In this document: positions 58,203 to 64,000 of the stretch, one piece after another
How the letters are laid out: every line of letters starts with the position of its first letter
How positions within the stretch are numbered: position 1 is the stretch's first letter
Assembly (NCBI GenBank): GCA_004764695.1
Contig: SMSO01000037.1
Span: 2,022,747-2,086,746 of the forward strand
Origin: Schizochytrium sp. TIO01
Lineage: Eukaryota > Protista > Bigyra: Labyrinthulomycetes
Length of the DNA stretch: 64,000 bases
Direction: 5' to 3'
Position numbers and translations under genes: made by a program
The notes under the pieces: model-generated
What the model was told of the DNA's origin: nothing
Seen by the model: only the letters and a program-made list of their open reading frames with translations
The model's database searches: none

Positions 58203-61200
58203 CTACTTGCAGTCCATATCTTCAAACTCATCAAGTAAACATTTTCGAGGGCTTGAATTCAACTCTTCGTTCAATTCAGTGTCAGAGAACTGGTCATTTG
58301 TCAAACGGCGACCCCGCAAGCTCTTTGCGTTACCTCCGTCTGAGACATCGTCTTCACCTTCGTCCGATGCACAGTGATGTTGATGGCTCTTACTGCTATT
58401 AAGCTGGTTGCGACGATACTGGCGCTTATCCAAAGCATGCGAACTCTTGATGGCGCTCTCGCTGGCGTGAAAGCGTTGGCTGCGAGTGTTAGGTCGAGTC
58501 CCTTGACTACGAAGGGTTGAACGTCCCATCCGGTCAGGGGTGACCGGGGAGTCTGCCATGTCACTTTCGGTAAAATCTACAAATGGATGAGGCTGCCCTG
58601 TGCTGGAGGAAGACATTGACGAAGATGATGAAGCTCGACGATGACTGCGCCGAGCAGATGAGGAAGGCGTGGAATCAATCATAGGTGAAAAGTCAACTCG
58701 ACCTTGAACTGTGGACTTAAAGGCAGATGTGGATGATGAGGAAGAAGTACTCCGTCCTACAGGTGCAGGGGTGTCAAGTGGAGATCCACCCCACATTGGC
58801 ATTGGACTGTTGGTCTGTTCGGGTGTTCGCATGGGATCATTGTGGGTTCGAGCAGAAGGTTGGGGAGACCACGCGTGTCGCATCGACATTGGGGAGGTCT
58901 GAAAGATGTCAAGGTCAGGGAGTGCTGTCAGTTTGGCCTGAGCAATCGAGTCTCTTTGTAAAAGCTCCTCTGCAGAAGGTCGTTTTTGTGGGTCGGGGTG
59001 CATCATATCACGAAGCGTGTTATACAGTTCTTGAGATAGACCATCAGGTAAGGGTGGAATATCTCCATCCCGCAGATGGTGCCATGCCCCAGTGTCGGGA
59101 AGATCGACGTCTGCAACAACTTCAAAAAATGAGATTCCGAGCATAAATACATCACCGGCAAAGCTGAACTTATTCTCGAGGACTTCACGAGGAATATATC
59201 GCACATCGCCTTCCTCGCCATCGGCCTCGTCGTCAGGACGCCGGAGGTGGCCAAAGTCGCCAAGCATAAGACGGGATGGCTGCCCGCCCATAAAAAGGTT
59301 TCCTGGTTTGATATCATTATGACAAAGACCATGTTTGTGAAGATGAGAAAGCCCAGATAGGGCATCATACATACAACGCCATATTTGGGGTTCCCCCCAC
59401 TTTGATCGGAGAGATGGGGTTTGCAGGCATACTTCCACATAGTCAAGGAGATTGCCCCCCTGGCAGAATTCCATTTGAATCTTGATGCGGCCTTGTTCTT
59501 TCCAGGCGCAAATGATCTTTACAATATGCGGATGTTCCGGCAGGTCTGCCCATGCATTAGTAGAGCGCAAAAGGCTCTTATACGAGAGAGATACCTCCGT
59601 TGACAAGAAGGGTTCATTGTTCTCTTTCAGAGCGAAAAGACGTGGTGCAGGAGATCGCAGCGGCGGTCGAGGCGGCGTACCTAGCAAGTCTGCTCCTTGT
59701 TTCGTCTGACGGGCGCGCCCTGAACGTGTGGCCCTTGCATTTGAGCTAGAACTAGCACTAGAGCTGCCGGATCCGATTGCCATTGCTGCTCCTTGCCGTT
59801 CTGCATCATCATGAATTTCTTCGACAAGATAAACTGATGCAAAATTCCCAGAACCGATGTCGCGAAGATAGTGCAAACGAGGGATAGTGTAACTCGGTTG
59901 CGTAGCGTTGGTAGGTTTCTTACGTTTCTGTGAAGGCTTTTGTTGATCATTTTTAGGCGGAATGAGCATTTGTGCATCGTTAGACTGCATAGGAGAATTC
60001 GGGTCTAAAGGGGAGAGCGGTGACATCATGCGGCGCAAGTCTCGGCTTACTTTGGCTGGGTTGCGCGCCATGAAGACACGGCTGTACGGCGTGGGTGGGG
60101 GCCGTGGGGTGTACCCAACACGCTCACGAGGAGCCGAGCGGACTTTTTTCCGTAGTTCACCTGTTCTTTTGAAGGCGTCGGGCTCGGGCGTAGGCCTATG
60201 TTCGCTTTGGGTGCGACGAAATACATTAAGAGCACCTCCCTTACTTCCGTTAAGAATTGATGGCGAGGCGGTGTCAGAGATTACGGGTGTGACTGGTGGG
60301 TCAGAGGCTGGCGAGTCACCTGGCGTCTTCAAGCCTCTGGCTACGCTCGGTGGCAGATGGGCAATGTGCCCCCTGCGTTTCCCAGGGTGTTGATGGTCGC
60401 TGTAGAGGTCATCTTCTTCAGCAATGTCATCATCGTCGCTCATGCCATTGCTCCGACGAGACTGTCTATTGCTCGCTGGGTGGCCACCTTGTTGGCTGTT
60501 ATAACGATCTCTGTCTTCGGCCTCTCCGCAGCTTAGCTCGTCCTCGTCATCATCATCAACATGTATCGGTGGTGGCATACCATCAGAAGATATATCCATT
60601 CTCAGTAATGCTGACGCGTTTTCATCATCTGCAGACCCTTTCCTGACGTTTACTTTCCTTGGAGATCCTACCTGGTCAGACTCCACAAGTTCTTCCTCCT
60701 GATGGCTCCTCCTCCTTCTTCTTGACGCCGGGCCGCACCTTGGGCCTGACCTCGACGTAGGTCTCTTCACAGCTTGATCTCCACGTCCTCCCAGATCACT
60801 CCAGCTCACTGAAGAACACCTCCTCGGACCAACCTTTTTCCCGCTCGTCGCAGCACCGTGGTAAAGATGAGAATCATTTTCCCGAAGATTCATCTCGAGT
60901 CCATTTGCGTCAAGATAATCCTTCTCTGACTGACCACAGCCACGGCGCAGGTCCGAGCTAGGTCCTTGAGTGTAGACCCGATCCTCATCCACGAGATTGT
61001 CTTGGTCATGGAGATTCTGTGTCTCTGGAGAGCATTTTGACACCTTCCCTCGCAGGTTTTGGGCCTTACTAGAGTCCTTTTTTACGGAGCTCCCACCCGC
61101 TTCCCCGTCCAGGTCCATGAGCGGAGACGCTGCCCGGAGCGGGGGAGGCGAGATGGCGGTGTCCATACGAACGCATCCATGATTGCTATCTGTGTCTTTG

Positions 61201-61421
61201 TAGTTCATATTCTCCTGTGTCTGGTCTTGCAACGGAGCTGAGTGTGGCGCTGGAGGAGCTAAGGATGGTGGCGTCGCAGACCCTGACGTCATGCCAGCCG
61301 CAGCGCGACGCGGAGTAGGCTCCGGAACACGCGGCGGGCGCAGACGAGCGGAACTCCGCGAACGTTGGCGCCCGCGCGCCGATGAAGAGCTCCTCGTCGC
61401 CGACCTCCGCCGCCCGCTCAT
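58203..61421 (-). CDS. WEE1: Wee1/Myt1-family protein kinase, 1072 aa
   Basis: IGSGNFASVY, FALK, IQMEFC.GG, HNDIKPGN, DFG, the family signature EEGDVRY, DVFMLG, LPDTGAWHHLRDG. Long SP/TP-rich disordered flanks. Confidence 0.9.
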   Translation of the reverse strand: MSGRRRSATRSSSSARGRQRSRSSARLRPPRVPEPTPRRAAAGMTSGSATPPSLAPPAPHSAPLQDQTQENMNYKDTDSNHGCVRMDTAISPPPLRAASPLMDLDGEAGGSSVKKDSSKAQNLRGKVSKCSPETQNLHDQDNLVDEDRVYTQGPSSDLRRGCGQSEKDYLDANGLEMNLRENDSHLYHGAATSGKKVGPRRCSSVSWSDLGGRGDQAVKRPTSRSGPRCGPASRRRRRSHQEEELVESDQVGSPRKVNVRKGSADDENASALLRMDISSDGMPPPIHVDDDDEDELSCGEAEDRDRYNSQQGGHPASNRQSRRSNGMSDDDDIAEEDDLYSDHQHPGKRRGHIAHLPPSVARGLKTPGDSPASDPPVTPVISDTASPSILNGSKGGALNVFRRTQSEHRPTPEPDAFKRTGELRKKVRSAPRERVGYTPRPPPTPYSRVFMARNPAKVSRDLRRMMSPLSPLDPNSPMQSNDAQMLIPPKNDQQKPSQKRKKPTNATQPSYTIPRLHYLRDIGSGNFASVYLVEEIHDDAERQGAAMAIGSGSSSASSSSNARATRSGRARQTKQGADLLGTPPRPPLRSPAPRLFALKENNEPFLSTEVSLSYKSLLRSTNAWADLPEHPHIVKIICAWKEQGRIKIQMEFCQGGNLLDYVEVCLQTPSLRSKWGEPQIWRCMYDALSGLSHLHKHGLCHNDIKPGNLFMGGQPSRLMLGDFGHLRRPDDEADGEEGDVRYIPREVLENKFSFAGDVFMLGISFFEVVADVDLPDTGAWHHLRDGDIPPLPDGLSQELYNTLRDMMHPDPQKRPSAEELLQRDSIAQAKLTALPDLDIFQTSPMSMRHAWSPQPSARTHNDPMRTPEQTNSPMPMWGGSPLDTPAPVGRSTSSSSSTSAFKSTVQGRVDFSPMIDSTPSSSARRSHRRASSSSSMSSSSTGQPHPFVDFTESDMADSPVTPDRMGRSTLRSQGTRPNTRSQRFHASESAIKSSHALDKRQYRRNQLNSSKSHQHHCASDEGEDDVSDGGNAKSLRGRRLTNDQFSDTELNEELNSSPRKCLLDEFEDMDCK

Positions 61422-64000
61422 CGCGAGCCCGGCGGCGCTCGACGCTCTCTTGACGTTTTGCTCTCGTGTTTTGTCTCCACTCTTCTCCGCTGTACTCTAC
61501 TTTTGCCCTGTATACTCGACTTGCCCATCTCTATATCCCACTTGTCTCCAAAATCCTACTGTAGGCTATAACTCAGCTCAAAGTCGCCTATTCCCAACAG
61601 GAAAGATTGGGCGCCGAAGGAAAAATCGGCGGCGCTCGAGAGACCTCTACAGTAGAGAATATAGCCTCCACAATGGAGCAAATGAAGTTAAGGGATATAT
61701 ATTGGGGATGGAGCATAGTATTGGACACGGTAAGAGTGGAGAATGGAGAGCCGAAAGTGGGTTAAAGGGACGATGATTAAGGTGGAGGCGAGGGACTGTT
61801 GAGAATGCTTCGTTATTGCACGCACACGATCATCGTTAAAATAGTTGTCGAAGCAGGAGTTGGGGCTGGGCACGCACGCACACACGCAATCTTTGCAGGG
61901 ACGGTGGAGTGGAGATACGGACAGAAAATTGTGGACGAGGAGAATATGTTATAGTGCCGATGAAGAAGCAAGCCTCTAGAAAGGCTGTTAGGCCAGATTT
62001 GGAAACCTGTGCGCTTGGGATTTTCTAAAGTTAGGTTCTCCAGTTAAAATGGAAGAACTTGAAGAAATTAACAACATGTAAACGGGTCATCCATTCTACT
62101 TGCAAAAACCAAGGTCGAGACGAAGGGGGTTCTTTCGCTTACATGCAGGACTCAGGCCACGAAATCAAGAAGACGTTGCCCTTGTTTTGTTGTGGTGACG
62201 TTCGTCTTAAAAAAGGAGAAAACATCCGTGGCACTTGTTAATACCGAAGGCTCAATATGAACGAGGATGCCCACATACGCAACTTTGTACGTTACTTACA
62301 GAAGAGAAGTTTTTGAAGGCAAAAGATTCGAAGCTTGTCCCCTGTGGATGGAATATCAGCAACAGTCGATATCGGCAACATGGAGATGCAATATAGGTTC
62401 GACTACTAAGTACTTACAACCGCCAACTAGCCACGGTCCTTTCTCCTTTTCAAGAAGAGCAGGGTTTGGCAACAACCATCGTAAAGCTTGTCCGGTTGTT
62501 GGATTATCAGCAGCTGATACAGAAAACAAACTCGCGTCACAAAGGTTGCCAAATACACCACAGTATATTTACTATATTTTATCACGCCTAAAGGTTTACG
62601 ATCATGGAAGTGATACAAACAATGTTAGATGTTCTCTTTTCCTTATGAATGCCGATGGTCTCAATCAACATTCCTTGTTTACAGATCTTCAAGAGCCAAG
62701 GTACCCTAGGAAAAACAAAACCTCTGGTGCTGACAAAAGATTGACCAATCAAAGATAAGAAACTTAGAGTACTCTTGGCATTTCTTCGAATACAAATGCC
62801 ATGATGACTTAAAAAAATTCACGTCACCAGTAGCCGCAGTGACCTGAGGTTTTCGTAATGAACTGCCCAGGTAGCATAGTGATGGTCACCATTGCCATCG
62901 CAAAGTTGAGAGATCGCGGCAGAGCAAGTCACGCAAAGAGGATATTCAGCGCAAGGGTTTTAGATCACTGCATATATAGTAATCCTCTGTGAACACAATT
63001 ATACGAGAGCGTCTATCCAATACGTACCATATGCCGACTTCGCAATATTTATTTGTGCTAACTTGGATAGGCCATCCGCGAACACATGGAGTCTGGAGGT
63101 AACGGAATATTCATATTACACATTTCAACCTCTGTTCAAATTCCAACAGACATATTGTAAATAATCTAAAGAATTTACATCGAGCATTTTGAAGAATCAA
63201 CGAAGCAGGTGGTAGCTACCTAGCTACCTAACTTTGCCTCGTTTTTATTTTCAGTATTTTGCATACTATACCACCTATGATATTTCTTCAAGTTGGGCCA
63301 AAGGACTCAAAATCAAAGGCTCAATTGTTAAGGTACTACCTAGGTAGCTACTTAGGTAGTACATGCTATCTATTCTACTACCCAAGTAAAAGAATTCTAA
63401 AAGGACACGTGAGAAAGAAAGAAACAACCACTTTTGCACAATTTTATGGAACGACAGAAGTATCGCTTGATTAGATTCTTGCTTCTCCTACCTGAAAGCG
63501 ATTCAGGCAGTACTAAAACTGATAAACTGAAATCAGAACGGGGGACCAAAAGATTGCACTCCGAGCTTTGAGCTTGACTGATCTCTCATTACACTAACTT
63601 GTAAAAAGAAAAAAACTACTGCAAGGGTGTGGTGTGCGAAAGAGCTCCCCAAATCAAGAGTCCATCCATATAACTGAGCTCGTAGAAACCAGCTCAACAG
63701 AAACTGGCTCGAGGTGCCTCTGAGCATAGAAAGAAACCTCCATGGCATGATGATCAAGGGTTCGAGAGACCGAGCGAACGAATGAACAAACGAATGCATG
63801 AATGCGTTGTATACGAGAGTACCGTAGTCTGAAAACATTGTGCTGGAAACTGGAATCTGTGCATCTAGTGTCATTTTTATAGCATACAGGACCACGGCCA
63901 AATGTTGATGTTTTGGGAGGTATTTAAGCGCCTAGTCCTGTGCGAAGATTGAAGTAGGTAGATTTCTTGTGAGTTGAGACGGAGGGCGTGCGCATGTGCT

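Noticed and set aside
62267-63901. 163-aa and 122-aa ORFs at the right end
   Set aside because: No motifs or codon bias; cannot be supported as genes from sequence alone.

Overview
Eukaryotic genomic DNA with spliceosomal GT-AG introns and very dense microsatellites. Gene content and style suggest a stramenopile protist, probably a thraustochytrid/labyrinthulomycete (inference, not proven). Eleven protein genes are supportable: RNase H1 (5'-truncated by the window), a 2-exon HExxH zinc-peptidase-like protein of bacterial appearance, a 4-exon OPA/SLC37-type sugar-phosphate MFS antiporter, a probably N-myristoylated EF-hand protein, a 1202-aa Zn(II)2Cys6 transcription factor with a Q/N-rich region, a 2-exon SYLF/Ysc84-domain protein, a mitochondrially targeted-looking single cold-shock-domain protein, a TPR+SET protein, a farnesyl-diphosphate synthase, an unknown membrane protein and a Wee1/Myt1 kinase. 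The dominant architectural feature is a ~20.7 kb gene-free, microsatellite-saturated interval (7332-28053) upstream of the Zn2Cys6 gene. It contains a 770-bp two-pentamer array with ~150-155 bp higher-order periodicity, a recurrent GCCTCT/AGAGGC hexamer and candidate 5'-UTR introns. Several intergenic stretches look like decayed coding or retroelement relics. No tRNA, rRNA, CRISPR array or intact mobile element could be supported. I found no single, clearly new multi-gene system. The best leads are the desert/TF locus, the bacterial-like HExxH gene, the mitochondrial CSP, and residue-level oddities in FPPS, Wee1 and the SET protein. All motif calls and counts were made by eye.
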